This document shows, in pieces, positions 47,197-56,967 of a DNA stretch of 64,000 nucleotides. Where the stretch lies: contig JALEOH010000034.1 in assembly GCA_022766605.1 (NCBI GenBank), forward strand, positions 4,470 to 68,469. Reading direction: 5' to 3'. How positions within the stretch are numbered: position 1 is the first letter of the stretch; every line of letters starts with the position of its first letter. Made by a program: the position numbers and the translations under genes. The DNA is from Ezakiella sp. (GTDB taxonomy: Bacteria > Bacillota > Clostridia > Tissierellales > Peptoniphilaceae). The notes under the pieces were generated by a model. The model did no database searches. It saw only the letters and a program-made list of their open reading frames with translations, and was not told the origin of the DNA.

Positions 47197-50100
47197 ATGA
47201 AATTTAAAAATAGAGCTAATATAAATGCCAGATTTGATTTACTATTATTTGTTATAATAGCTCTTTTTATTGTATTATTTATAAGAATGGGATATTTGAC
47301 TTTAATTGATGGCTCTAGCAATCGAGAAAGAGCAGATCAAAGACGATTAAGGACAATCCATGAGTCAGCTCCACGCGGTGAGATAAGAGATGTTCATGGC
47401 AGACTTCTTGCGGGCAACATCCCTTCCTTTACCGTGCAAATATCCAAGGATGAACTACTTAATAATGAAATAAAGCCCGAGGATAGAAATGACGTCTTGT
47501 TAAAGCTTATTAGATTTTTAGAAGAGGATGGATCTTTTTATCAAGGAGAATTTCCAATGGATTTAAATATATATGTCTATAGTAGCCCTGATTTATATCT
47601 TTCGCGTGAGGAAACTCCAAGTGAGTATATGATTAGTCAACTTGAGGACGAAGAGGTGCTTAGGAGCTTTATAAATGGCAAGATGAATTTAGATAGATAT
47701 ATCGATCATTATAAATTTTCAGTTAAGGAAAGAGCATTAAATGCAGTTCGCGATAAGTATGTAGATATTCCAGTTGAGATTGTCGAAGGGGAATTCTATG
47801 CAGAAGAAGCAAGACTGTCCAATTTTTTGATTGATAAAAAAATGGATCCGAGTTTGGACGCTGAGTCGCTAGTATTTAATATAATTAAATCAGATAGAAC
47901 AATAGCAAGAAAGATATTAAACCATCCAATAGCAAGGGCCATTTTATTTCAAATTGTAGCTGATAAGGGAAATATCGGCGATATTAGAATGCAGAGTGTG
48001 GCGATTAAATCGGATATTGAAGGATTGGAAAATCGTGTAAATCTTGCTAAAAATTATGACAATATAAGCATGCAATCGACTGCCGAAGAGATATTTTTGA
48101 CTCTTGGAAATCAATTTGCATTGCCCGAATTACTAAAAAAATCATATCGTGAGGGAGAGTTAATTCCGGGAGAGATTTTATTAAAGGAGCTTCAAAAAAG
48201 GGGAAAGCTTAATAATATGGAGATTTATTTAAGCGAGGATAAAACTTCTGTATTTTATCGATATACAAATATGGTTAGCGATCGCGACCCAATGCGTGAT
48301 TTAATGGCGAGCATGACTCCAGAGGAGATCAAGGATTTTTTGTTAAGAGAAGAGATTAGACCACTAGTTCAAAGAGAACTGTTGAATCTGGGCATCAATC
48401 CTCGTATATCGATTGCAGGAGACGACGGGATAGTCTTTAGCTCGGAATTAAATAAAAATAGATTATATGGTCGATTTTATAAAAAGGATTTTAAAGGAAA
48501 AGAATATCCGCCAGTTGAAGAGCTGTTTGAAAAGGCAAAAGAATATTATAAAATCGATAGCGAACTTTCCAATTATGAAGCAAAGGCGATATTAAATATA
48601 TATGAGTTAAGCTATCTAGTGGGGGAGAGTGCATATAAGCCAATTAACTTGACTTATGGTCTTAAAGATGAAACGGTTGCTAAAATCGAAGAGAATATTC
48701 CCGATGACTATGGAATAAGAGTTAGCATAGAGCCAGTTCGTTATTATCCAGGAGGGCAAAATGCAAGTCATATACTTGGATATATGGGAAAGATATCGAC
48801 CGACAATGAGATAGGGAAATATGTCAAAGAAGCTGGATATGATAAAAATGAATTTATTGGAAAGACTGGGGTTGAGGAGTATTTTGAAGAATATCTTCAT
48901 GGAACAAATGGAGAGAAGAAAATCGAAGTTGATTATCAGGGAAATACAACAGCAAATATTAGTGAGACCAAATCCATACCAGGAGATACCTTGTATTTGA
49001 CAATTGACGCTAAATTGCAGTCTCTTGCCGAACAATATATGGCGAAAACTCTTGAACTTACTAGAACTGGTGGAGTGTGGGAGAGTCCTTGGGGCAATTA
49101 CAAGATGGATGGCACACTTGATAAATCTCGTAATTTTGTAAATGCAAATGCTGGTGCGGTTGTCGTGCTTAAAGCAAAAACAGGAGAGGTGGTTGCCTCT
49201 GCTAGTTATCCTGGATATGATCCAAATTTATTTAGCACTGGGATTACCGACACCGACTGGAAAGCTCTTCATCCGGAAAATGAAGAAGACCCAATGGCAG
49301 CTCGCCCTTTACTCAATATCGCAACGGGCACTGCCATTCAACCGGGCAGTACTTTTAAGATGATAACCGGATTTGCCGCACTACAAAATGGGCTCGATCC
49401 AATGGAGAAGATATATGATGGAGGCTATGTCAAAATTGGCGACACTCAATTTAATTGTCTTATATATTCGATGAGAGGAGGAAGCCATGGCAATGTTGAC
49501 CTTGCTCATGCCTTAGAGCATAGTTGCAACTATTATTTTTACACTTTAGCACTTGGAAAGAATCAAAGACAAAATGACAAGCCTATAAGCGCCCATATCG
49601 ATATCGATGATATTAGAGAGGCTGGTAAGGAGTTTGGACTAAATGCACCAACTGGCATCGAGATAAATATTCCTCGTGAGGCAGTGGGCGAAGTTCCTGA
49701 GCCAGAGAAGAAGATATTGACAATTAAATTCTATATCAAGCAATTTCTAAATGAAAATATTAGGGATTTTTTTGCTAGACCCAAAGAGGACGATGAGATA
49801 AAAAAAGATATAGATCTTATTGCTTCGTGGGCAGAGGAGGGAAGAAGCTTAAGTAAAAATGAAATAATCTCTCGACTTGAAGAAATGGGATATATTGCTG
49901 ACAAAAAAGTCGATGGTCAAAAGATATCCCTGTCAGATAGATTAAAATACGACTATATAAATCAGGCCGAGTGGTCTCTAGCAGATACTATAAATGTTAC
50001 GATTGGACAGGGTGCAAGTTCACTTACTCCAATGCAGATGGCGAACTACGTTGCAACCATTGCAAATGGAGGAACGAGAAATAAAGTAACCCTTCTTAAC

Positions 50101-50520
50101 TCCATTAAGAGTTATGATGGACTAAAAGATGTACTAAATCCATCACCCAATCCGGTTAAAATAGATATTAAAAATCATGCGGGATTTGAGCAATTAAAAT
50201 ATGGTATGGGTCTTGTAAGTAGCGTTGGTACTAGTAGAAGAGTATTCCAGGAATTTCCAATTGCAACAGGTAGTAAGACCGGAACTGCTGAAAGAGAGGG
50301 AGTTAATCCTGCCACTGGTAAAGAATACGATGACTTTGCATGGTATGTTGCATTTGCCCCATATGACGATCCAGAGGTCGTTGTAGCGGCTCTTTTATTT
50401 CAAGGTGGAACTGGATCCAATGCGGGGCCAATGGCGAGGGATTTAATGGCAGAATATTTGGGACTAAATCGACATGAAATCAAGGATAGCATGCCATTTA
50501 CCAATAGAATTATGGAGTAG
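47197..50520 (+). CDS. mrdA: Class B penicillin-binding protein (PBP2/MrdA-like), 1107 aa
   Basis: APRGEIRD, RYYP, PGSTFK (SxxK), SCN (SxN), KTGT. Confidence 0.9.
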   Translation: MKFKNRANINARFDLLLFVIIALFIVLFIRMGYLTLIDGSSNRERADQRRLRTIHESAPRGEIRDVHGRLLAGNIPSFTVQISKDELLNNEIKPEDRNDVLLKLIRFLEEDGSFYQGEFPMDLNIYVYSSPDLYLSREETPSEYMISQLEDEEVLRSFINGKMNLDRYIDHYKFSVKERALNAVRDKYVDIPVEIVEGEFYAEEARLSNFLIDKKMDPSLDAESLVFNIIKSDRTIARKILNHPIARAILFQIVADKGNIGDIRMQSVAIKSDIEGLENRVNLAKNYDNISMQSTAEEIFLTLGNQFALPELLKKSYREGELIPGEILLKELQKRGKLNNMEIYLSEDKTSVFYRYTNMVSDRDPMRDLMASMTPEEIKDFLLREEIRPLVQRELLNLGINPRISIAGDDGIVFSSELNKNRLYGRFYKKDFKGKEYPPVEELFEKAKEYYKIDSELSNYEAKAILNIYELSYLVGESAYKPINLTYGLKDETVAKIEENIPDDYGIRVSIEPVRYYPGGQNASHILGYMGKISTDNEIGKYVKEAGYDKNEFIGKTGVEEYFEEYLHGTNGEKKIEVDYQGNTTANISETKSIPGDTLYLTIDAKLQSLAEQYMAKTLELTRTGGVWESPWGNYKMDGTLDKSRNFVNANAGAVVVLKAKTGEVVASASYPGYDPNLFSTGITDTDWKALHPENEEDPMAARPLLNIATGTAIQPGSTFKMITGFAALQNGLDPMEKIYDGGYVKIGDTQFNCLIYSMRGGSHGNVDLAHALEHSCNYYFYTLALGKNQRQNDKPISAHIDIDDIREAGKEFGLNAPTGIEINIPREAVGEVPEPEKKILTIKFYIKQFLNENIRDFFARPKEDDEIKKDIDLIASWAEEGRSLSKNEIISRLEEMGYIADKKVDGQKISLSDRLKYDYINQAEWSLADTINVTIGQGASSLTPMQMANYVATIANGGTRNKVTLLNSIKSYDGLKDVLNPSPNPVKIDIKNHAGFEQLKYGMGLVSSVGTSRRVFQEFPIATGSKTGTAEREGVNPATGKEYDDFAWYVAFAPYDDPEVVVAALLFQGGTGSNAGPMARDLMAEYLGLNRHEIKDSMPFTNRIME

Positions 50521-50522
50521 AT

Positions 50523-51500
50523 ATGAGGTATTTTAGAAGAGAATATAAAAATAATATATATACTTTCATATATGATAAGGCTATGAAATATATATTTATT
50601 GAGGACATGGAGGAGCTTGAGACCGATTCGATAGTCCATGCTAGAGTACGATCTGTCAATAAAGAACTAGGATATTCATTTGTAGACTTAGGAAAACTTG
50701 GAGATGGATTTATCGATTGTGAATTAAAATCGGGCGAGGAATATATCTTTAATATAAAGAAGAAGCCCGAGTGTTCAAAGGGCTATGTACTTGATTTTGA
50801 TATTAGAATCAAAAGCGAGAATATGATAGTTTTCCCAAATTCTAAGAAGTTCTATGAAAACGACTACGAAAAGATCACCGACATGCCAACTCTTATATTA
50901 AATAAAAATGCTTCTCCTTGTGAGCTTACAAGTGATGCTATTGATATATCAAGTGAATATAAAAAGCTTTTAGAAATAAAGTCGACCTTGCCGATTCCAA
51001 AGATAGTTTTTCGTTCGGATAGTAAAAGTGATCGCTTTATTGAGGGATACAATATTGGATTTGGCAATAGAGATGATGCAATTATGGCATTTAATGATAC
51101 TGAAGGCTTGGTCGATGGAAAGTTTACTAATGACGATGGAAGTATTATAATAGATAGCAAAGATCATTTTACTTTTATTGATTTTAATAGCGATGGCAAG
51201 GGAGTTTATTATAGAAGAGAGTTAAATCATTTAGACAAGAATAAAAAGCTACTAAAAAAAGCCCTCGAGATAATTGAACTTAGAAATATCGAAGGGATGA
51301 TATTAATTGATCTTTTGAAGATGAATAAATATAAAAGACTAATCGATGAGTTAGATGATATTTTAAAAAACAAATTTGTATTTCACGATATTACAAAACT
51401 TGGCATACTTGAACTTACAAGAAAGAAAGATGGAAGGACGAGAATCTCACAAGATAATATCGGGGAGATAAAAAGCATATTATATGGAGAAATAGAATGA
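50523..51500 (+). CDS. Short, divergent RNase E/G-family protein
   Basis: N-terminal S1-like (YSFVDLG), TFIDFNS, GMILIDLL, DITKLGILELTRK. Confidence 0.7.
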   Translation: MRYFRREYKNNIYTFIYDKAMKYIFIEDMEELETDSIVHARVRSVNKELGYSFVDLGKLGDGFIDCELKSGEEYIFNIKKKPECSKGYVLDFDIRIKSENMIVFPNSKKFYENDYEKITDMPTLILNKNASPCELTSDAIDISSEYKKLLEIKSTLPIPKIVFRSDSKSDRFIEGYNIGFGNRDDAIMAFNDTEGLVDGKFTNDDGSIIIDSKDHFTFIDFNSDGKGVYYRRELNHLDKNKKLLKKALEIIELRNIEGMILIDLLKMNKYKRLIDELDDILKNKFVFHDITKLGILELTRKKDGRTRISQDNIGEIKSILYGEIE

Positions 51501-52462
51501 TATATATAGAAAATAAGAGCATTAACCCAAGCTACAATCACGCACTTGAAGAATATTTTATGAAAGATACCGATCAGTCGGTTTTTATGCTTTGGCAAAA
51601 TGAGCCAACGGTGCTTGTTGGAAGAAATCAAAATGTCGATCTTGAGGTGGATAAAAAATATACAAAAGACCATGGCATACATGTAATAAGACGCAAGTCG
51701 GGTGGAGGAGCAATATTTTGTGATCTAGGGAATATGCAGTATTCTTTTATTACAGATAATAATGGTTCAGCAAATTCATTTCAATTATTTGCGATGCCGG
51801 TTGTGGATGCACTAAAAAAACTGGGCATACATGCTGAATTTACGGGAAGAAATGACATCATAGCAGATGGTAAGAAGATATCGGGCAATGCCCAATATAA
51901 GTGGAAGAAAAGAATAGTCCACCATGGTACGCTTTTATTTAATGTAGATCCTATTGCACTTAAGAATTCTTTAAAAACTCGCGATATAAAATTCGTCGAC
52001 AAGTCGGTAAAGAGTATATCATCTAGAATTGGACTAATTAAAGATATGGTTGATATGGATGTATATAGCTTTATGAATTATATTAGAGATAATATAATCG
52101 ATTATTATAATATTAAAGAATTTAGAAGTCCAAGCGAATATGAAAAGGAGGCTTTAAAAAAATATTTAGATGAATTTCCTGAGCTTAATGATAGCGAGGA
52201 TGAAACTAGCCACAAATACTATATGGCAAAAAAATATTCCTTTGGGCTTGTGGAATATGGTCTTGATCTTGAAGAAGATAAAATTGTCGAACTAAAAATC
52301 GCTGGAGACTATTTTGAAGAGAGAGATATTAATGAATATTTAAATGAGTTAAGGGGTATAAGACTAGATGAGTTAAAGGATATTGGTCTTGATATCGGAG
52401 ACTATATACTTGGCTTTAACAACGATGATTTCATAAATGATATATTAAATATAAAGGAGTGA
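51497..52462 (+). CDS. lplA: Lipoate-protein ligase A
   Basis: NHALEEY, LWQNEP, RRKSGGGAIFCD, GRND, KISGNAQ, HHGTLL. Confidence 0.92.
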   Translation: MIYIENKSINPSYNHALEEYFMKDTDQSVFMLWQNEPTVLVGRNQNVDLEVDKKYTKDHGIHVIRRKSGGGAIFCDLGNMQYSFITDNNGSANSFQLFAMPVVDALKKLGIHAEFTGRNDIIADGKKISGNAQYKWKKRIVHHGTLLFNVDPIALKNSLKTRDIKFVDKSVKSISSRIGLIKDMVDMDVYSFMNYIRDNIIDYYNIKEFRSPSEYEKEALKKYLDEFPELNDSEDETSHKYYMAKKYSFGLVEYGLDLEEDKIVELKIAGDYFEERDINEYLNELRGIRLDELKDIGLDIGDYILGFNNDDFINDILNIKE

Positions 52463-52466
52463 TTAA

Positions 52467-53390
52467 ATGGCTCTTAGAAAGCCTGAATGGTTAAAAATTA
52501 AATTGCAAGGAGATAATAATTCGACTAAGGTCGAGCATACTTTGTCAAACTATCATCTAAATACAGTTTGCGAGGAGGCCAATTGTCCAAATAAAATGGA
52601 ATGCTATACAAGAAGGACGGCAACCTTTATGATACTTGGTAAGAACTGCACGAGAAATTGCAAGTTTTGCAATGTAACAACAGCTAGACCTGAACCACTT
52701 GATCCGCTTGAGCCAATGAAAGTGGCATATGCTGTCAAGCAACTTGGCTTAAAGCATGCGGTTATTACTTCAGTCGATCGCGATGATTTAAAGGACGATT
52801 ATGGCAGCTATCATTTTGCTGCTGTTACTCGTGAAATAAAAAAGATGAGTCCAGGGACTACAATTGAACTTTTGATTCCAGATTTTGATGGTCGCCACGA
52901 TCTACTTGATTTGGTATTTGCTGAAAAGCCCGATATAATTAATCACAATGTAGAGGTGGTTGAGGATATATTCGATGAGATTTGTCCACAAAGCGATCTA
53001 GACATGAGTCTTGAGGTGTTAAGATATGCAAAAGAAAAGGGCTTTATCACAAAGAGCGGAATGATGGTTGGATTCGGCGAGACCGAAGAACAAGTGGTCG
53101 ATATGATGAAGAAATTGCGTGCAGTTGACTGCGATATGCTCACCATCGGTCAATATTTGCAACCAAGTAAAAAGCATGCTGAGGTTAAAGAATATGTCCA
53201 CCCAGATCAATTCGAAAGATATAAGGAAATTGGATTGAGCCTTGGATTTAAATCGGTCTCTTCAGGTCCGTTTGTAAGAAGCTCTTATCATGCGGAGATG
53301 CTTACTGATGAGAATGAAATCGATAAGCAAAAGTTAGAATTACAAAAAAAATTAAATGAAACGGCAATTTCTAATGGCTCATGCCATTAG
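52467..53390 (+). CDS. lipA: Lipoyl synthase
   Basis: CEEANCPNKMEC, CTRNCKFC, TSVDRDD, RSSYHA. Confidence 0.96.
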   Translation: MALRKPEWLKIKLQGDNNSTKVEHTLSNYHLNTVCEEANCPNKMECYTRRTATFMILGKNCTRNCKFCNVTTARPEPLDPLEPMKVAYAVKQLGLKHAVITSVDRDDLKDDYGSYHFAAVTREIKKMSPGTTIELLIPDFDGRHDLLDLVFAEKPDIINHNVEVVEDIFDEICPQSDLDMSLEVLRYAKEKGFITKSGMMVGFGETEEQVVDMMKKLRAVDCDMLTIGQYLQPSKKHAEVKEYVHPDQFERYKEIGLSLGFKSVSSGPFVRSSYHAEMLTDENEIDKQKLELQKKLNETAISNGSCH

Positions 53391-53435
53391 TTAGGCAATC
53401 ACTAGGTTAGTGATAATATATTAGGAGGTTTTTAA

Positions 53436-54833
53436 ATGAAAATAATTATTATTGGCGCAGGGCCAGGCGGTTATGAAGCAGCAATAAGAGCTGCACAATT
53501 GGGCAATGAAGTAGTATTAATAGAAAAAGGTCAAACAGGTGGAACATGTTTAAATATTGGATGTATCCCAACCAAGACTTTAGTTAAGATAGCAGAACTT
53601 TACGGCGGAATACAAGAGGCCGAGAAATTTGGAATTAAAGTTGACGGCTATAGCCTTGATGAAGAGACTATATATAATCGCAAGCGCGAGGTGGTTGACC
53701 ACCTAGTAAAGGGGATTGAATTTTTATTTTCAGGATATAAAAATCTCGAGTATGTTAGAGGATTTGCTTCATTTAAAGACGCAAAAACAGTTGAGGTTAA
53801 GACCGAGGATGGTGTAAAGGAATTTACAGCTGATAAGATCATAGTTGCAACAGGCTCCAAAGATCAAAATAGAGTCAAGGGAGGAGATCTTCCAAATGTA
53901 CTGACCTCGACAGATCTACTTGCATTAAAGGAAATTCCAAAGTCTATGATAGTAATAGGAACAGGTGTAATTGGACTTGAGTTTGCAAGTATCTATTCTA
54001 GATTTGGAACGGATGTTACTGTAATAGGCAATAATATTTTAAAAATTGCCGATGGAGAAATCCAAAAGAGATTAAATTCAGTATTAAAAAATGACAATCT
54101 AAAATTCGTCACCAAACAACATGCTAAGGAAATAGTAAAAGATGGAGACAATTTAAAAGTTATCACTCAGAAAGTCGGAAAAGAAGATCTCCTGGAATAT
54201 AGTGCAGAATATGTACTTGTCGCTATGGGAAGGGATTCAAATGTAGATGGACTTAACACTGAAGCTGCAGGAATTGAACTTGGAAGAAAAGGCGGCATAG
54301 TGGTAGATAGTGAATTAAAGACCAGTGCCGATAATATCTATGCAATTGGTGACGTAGTTGATGGTAATACTCAACTTGCTCACTTTGCAAGCGCACAAGG
54401 AATTAGTCTTGTTGAAAAATTTTCAGGGCTTGAGCCAAAGACAGATCTTAATATAGTTCCTTCTGTAGTCTTTACACTTCCAGAGGTAGCAATGGTAGGA
54501 AAGACTGAAGAGCAACTAAAGGAAGAAGGGGTAGAATACGATAAGAGTAAATTCTTATATGCTTCTAACTCCAAGGCATATAGTGCCGATGAAACCGCAG
54601 GATTTATCAAAATTTTGGCATCTTCTGATCATAAAAAAATCTTGGGCTGCCATATAGTAGGGGCTGCTGCAGATTATTTAATTCACTTTGCGGCAATTGC
54701 AATGAATAATGATATATCGGTTGAAGGGCTATCCAGCATGATATATGCCCACCCAACTATTTCAGAATTATTTATGGATGCTGTTCATATATTTGAAGGA
54801 AAGTCCATAAATACTCCTGGTGGCGGTAAATAG
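53436..54833 (+). CDS. lpdA: Dihydrolipoamide dehydrogenase
   Basis: GAGPGG, GGTCLNIGCIPTK, HPTISE. Confidence 0.93.
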   Translation: MKIIIIGAGPGGYEAAIRAAQLGNEVVLIEKGQTGGTCLNIGCIPTKTLVKIAELYGGIQEAEKFGIKVDGYSLDEETIYNRKREVVDHLVKGIEFLFSGYKNLEYVRGFASFKDAKTVEVKTEDGVKEFTADKIIVATGSKDQNRVKGGDLPNVLTSTDLLALKEIPKSMIVIGTGVIGLEFASIYSRFGTDVTVIGNNILKIADGEIQKRLNSVLKNDNLKFVTKQHAKEIVKDGDNLKVITQKVGKEDLLEYSAEYVLVAMGRDSNVDGLNTEAAGIELGRKGGIVVDSELKTSADNIYAIGDVVDGNTQLAHFASAQGISLVEKFSGLEPKTDLNIVPSVVFTLPEVAMVGKTEEQLKEEGVEYDKSKFLYASNSKAYSADETAGFIKILASSDHKKILGCHIVGAAADYLIHFAAIAMNNDISVEGLSSMIYAHPTISELFMDAVHIFEGKSINTPGGGK

Positions 54834-54864
54834 TGTTGAATATATTTTACAATTGATGTATACT

Positions 54865-54897
54865 AGATGGGGACAGTAATTGTTCTCATCTTTTTAT
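54865..54897 (+). terminator. Terminator after lpdA
   Basis: AGATGGGGACA-gtaat-TGTTCTCATCT followed by T-tract. Confidence 0.7.
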
Positions 54898-54913
54898 TTT
54901 AAGGAGGGTTAAA

Positions 54914-55471
54914 TTGAAGAAGATTAGTACAAAAAAACTGGCACTAGTTGGAGTATTTACAGCACTGTGCTTTGCTGCAAATTATATTTCAATACCAGTA
55001 CCAGCAACAGTAGGAATTACAAGAGTGCATGTTGCAAATGGAATCTGCATACTTGCAGGGATGATATTGGGACCGCTATTTGGCGGATTCTGTGCAGGAT
55101 TTGGAGCGATGTTATATGACTTTACCAATCCTGTATTTGCTCCGGGTGCGCCGATTACATTTTTGATGAAATTCGTGCTTGGACTAGTAGCTGGACTAAT
55201 AGCATACTCAGGTGGACGCAAGGCAGAAAACAATCTAATGAATCTAATTGCAGCTATAGCAGCAGCCTTTAGTTATGTCATAGTATACTTAATAAAGACT
55301 TTTATAACTGCGAAATATGTAAAGGGTCTACCAATGGAGGCGGTATGGGTCGATGTTGGAACTAAAGCATGGGCGTCAAGCATTAATGCAATTATTGCAA
55401 TTATACTCTCTGTAGTTTTAATAAAGGCGATATTGCCACTGGTCAAAAGAAATGAAGTCGACGATATTTAA
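54914..55471 (+). CDS. ECF transporter S component (probably vitamin B6 or HMP specific)
   Basis: RVHVANG, GLFGG...GAMLYD, APITFLMK; coupled to pdxK-like gene. Confidence 0.8.
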   Translation: MKKISTKKLALVGVFTALCFAANYISIPVPATVGITRVHVANGICILAGMILGPLFGGFCAGFGAMLYDFTNPVFAPGAPITFLMKFVLGLVAGLIAYSGGRKAENNLMNLIAAIAAAFSYVIVYLIKTFITAKYVKGLPMEAVWVDVGTKAWASSINAIIAIILSVVLIKAILPLVKRNEVDDI

Positions 55472-56237
55472 TAGCTTTTGCTATATTGGAAATGTTTCAT
55501 TAAAGGTCAATATTGCACTTTTAATGGATCATGGAATAGATCCAATTTCTATTCCGACTAAGACCTTTTCGGCTCATATGGGCTATGAAGGCTTTGTAAT
55601 ACAAAATGAAATTTACGTCGATAGACTTATTAGCTCGGTGGAGAAAATCATGCCGGAGGTCGACATGGTTCAAATCGGCTATGTAGATGAGAGCGATGTA
55701 TTTGATCGAATAAAAAAATATTTGGGCAATGTCAAATACAAAAAGCTAATAGTCGATCCGATTCATGGAGATGATGGAAAATATTATAGCGGAGCAAGCA
55801 AAACACAACTTGAATACTATCGTGAGCTAATAAAAGATGCGGATCTAATTACGCCAAATCTTACAGAGGCCATGCATCTTGCCAATTATGATAAGCCATT
55901 TGAAAAAATCGATAAGGAAGACGTAATTAAAATAGCTAATAAATTAAGATCAATCGGGCCAAAGGCGGTTATAATAAAAAGTTATGTTGAAAACGGGAAG
56001 ATCATGAGTTATTTTGAGGATGAATTTTCGAGTGGCTTTGCGGAAAGCCCAGTTGTCAACTGCAAATTCGTCGGTACGGGAGATGCTTTTGCTACACTCG
56101 CTTCTATATTGTGCATTAGAGATGAGCTTAATATAGAAAATATTCAGAAGCTTCAAACGACTATGTATTCATCTTTGTACGCACAATCGGTCGGGAAGAA
56201 ATTAATGGATGTTGAAACTGGAAATCTTCGGGTATAA
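55452..56237 (+). CDS. pdxK: Pyridoxal/pyridoxamine kinase-like PfkB protein
   Basis: IVDPIHGDDG, ITPNLTEA, GTGDAFA. Confidence 0.78.
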   Translation: MKSTIFNSFCYIGNVSLKVNIALLMDHGIDPISIPTKTFSAHMGYEGFVIQNEIYVDRLISSVEKIMPEVDMVQIGYVDESDVFDRIKKYLGNVKYKKLIVDPIHGDDGKYYSGASKTQLEYYRELIKDADLITPNLTEAMHLANYDKPFEKIDKEDVIKIANKLRSIGPKAVIIKSYVENGKIMSYFEDEFSSGFAESPVVNCKFVGTGDAFATLASILCIRDELNIENIQKLQTTMYSSLYAQSVGKKLMDVETGNLRV

Positions 56238-56255
56238 TAATACTGGAGGTGTAAT

Positions 56256-56690
56256 ATGAATAACAATGTAAGGAGCGTTGACATTAGAAAGTTATTTATT
56301 TTGCCAGCGGTAAATGTGATTATTGCACTTGCGATAATCTTGAGTAATAAGCTAATATATGGCAATAGCAGTACAATTGCAAATTACATGGCAATTACAT
56401 TTTTATTTGCGGACATACTGATGCTTGTTATTTATTTAAATGCAAGAAAGAAAAATAATTATAGTCTTTATGCTGGAGTAAGTGGAAAAGAGGATAAGTC
56501 GATATTAGAAAGGAACTTTTACGAATCTACAATAAATAGCTCTTTGGCGTCAATGTTAACACTCATCTCGACCTTTGTTCTATTGATGAAGAATAGCAAA
56601 GAAGGTTTTTATATCTTCATTATACTGCTATATATAGTAGTTATTGCTTATGGAAGCATAAAGATTTCACAAAAATACAAGACAAAGTAA
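56256..56690 (+). CDS. Hypothetical membrane protein (4 TM)
   Basis: GGAGG RBS; hydrophobic segments. Confidence 0.65.
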   Translation: MNNNVRSVDIRKLFILPAVNVIIALAIILSNKLIYGNSSTIANYMAITFLFADILMLVIYLNARKKNNYSLYAGVSGKEDKSILERNFYESTINSSLASMLTLISTFVLLMKNSKEGFYIFIILLYIVVIAYGSIKISQKYKTK

Positions 56691-56714
56691 GGAAGTTTAT
56701 ACTAATTAAAATTT

Positions 56715-56760
56715 AATGCAAAAGGAAATTTTTCAAAAGTAATTTCTTTTTGCATTTTTA
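56715..56760 (+). terminator. Terminator
   Basis: AATGCAAAAGGAAATT...AATTTCTTTTTGCATT inverted repeat plus Ts. Confidence 0.7.
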
Positions 56761-56829
56761 TTTTAATGACAATAGATAGATTTATTTTATAAGGCAATTC
56801 ATATATTAATAAAATTTTACTTTTAATAA

Positions 56830-56858
56830 TTGACAATATTGTTACATTGGGTTATAAT
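56830..56858 (+). promoter_or_regulatory. Consensus sigmaA promoter for symporter pair
   Basis: TTGACA (56830-56835), 17 bp, TATAAT (56853-56858). Confidence 0.85.
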
Positions 56859-56967
56859 TAAGAGTGCAATTAAAGTAAAAGTGATCAGTAGTAAATTATA
56901 TTTAAATGATTTACTATTGCTAAAATTGCCTATATGCCACAAGGCAGAAATTTTTTTGGAGGGATTA

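Noticed and set aside
56860-56967. Glycine riboswitch upstream of AGCS symporters
   Set aside because: No GGAGA...GAAGG aptamer cores and too short for a tandem aptamer
56830-56967. N-terminal extension of AGCS1 given by the ORF track (also extended starts for dxs, ltaS, aspA, HutD, nagA, glmS, aldolase)
   Set aside because: The extension begins on the TTG of the -35 box; downstream starts have clear GGAGG-type RBS sites
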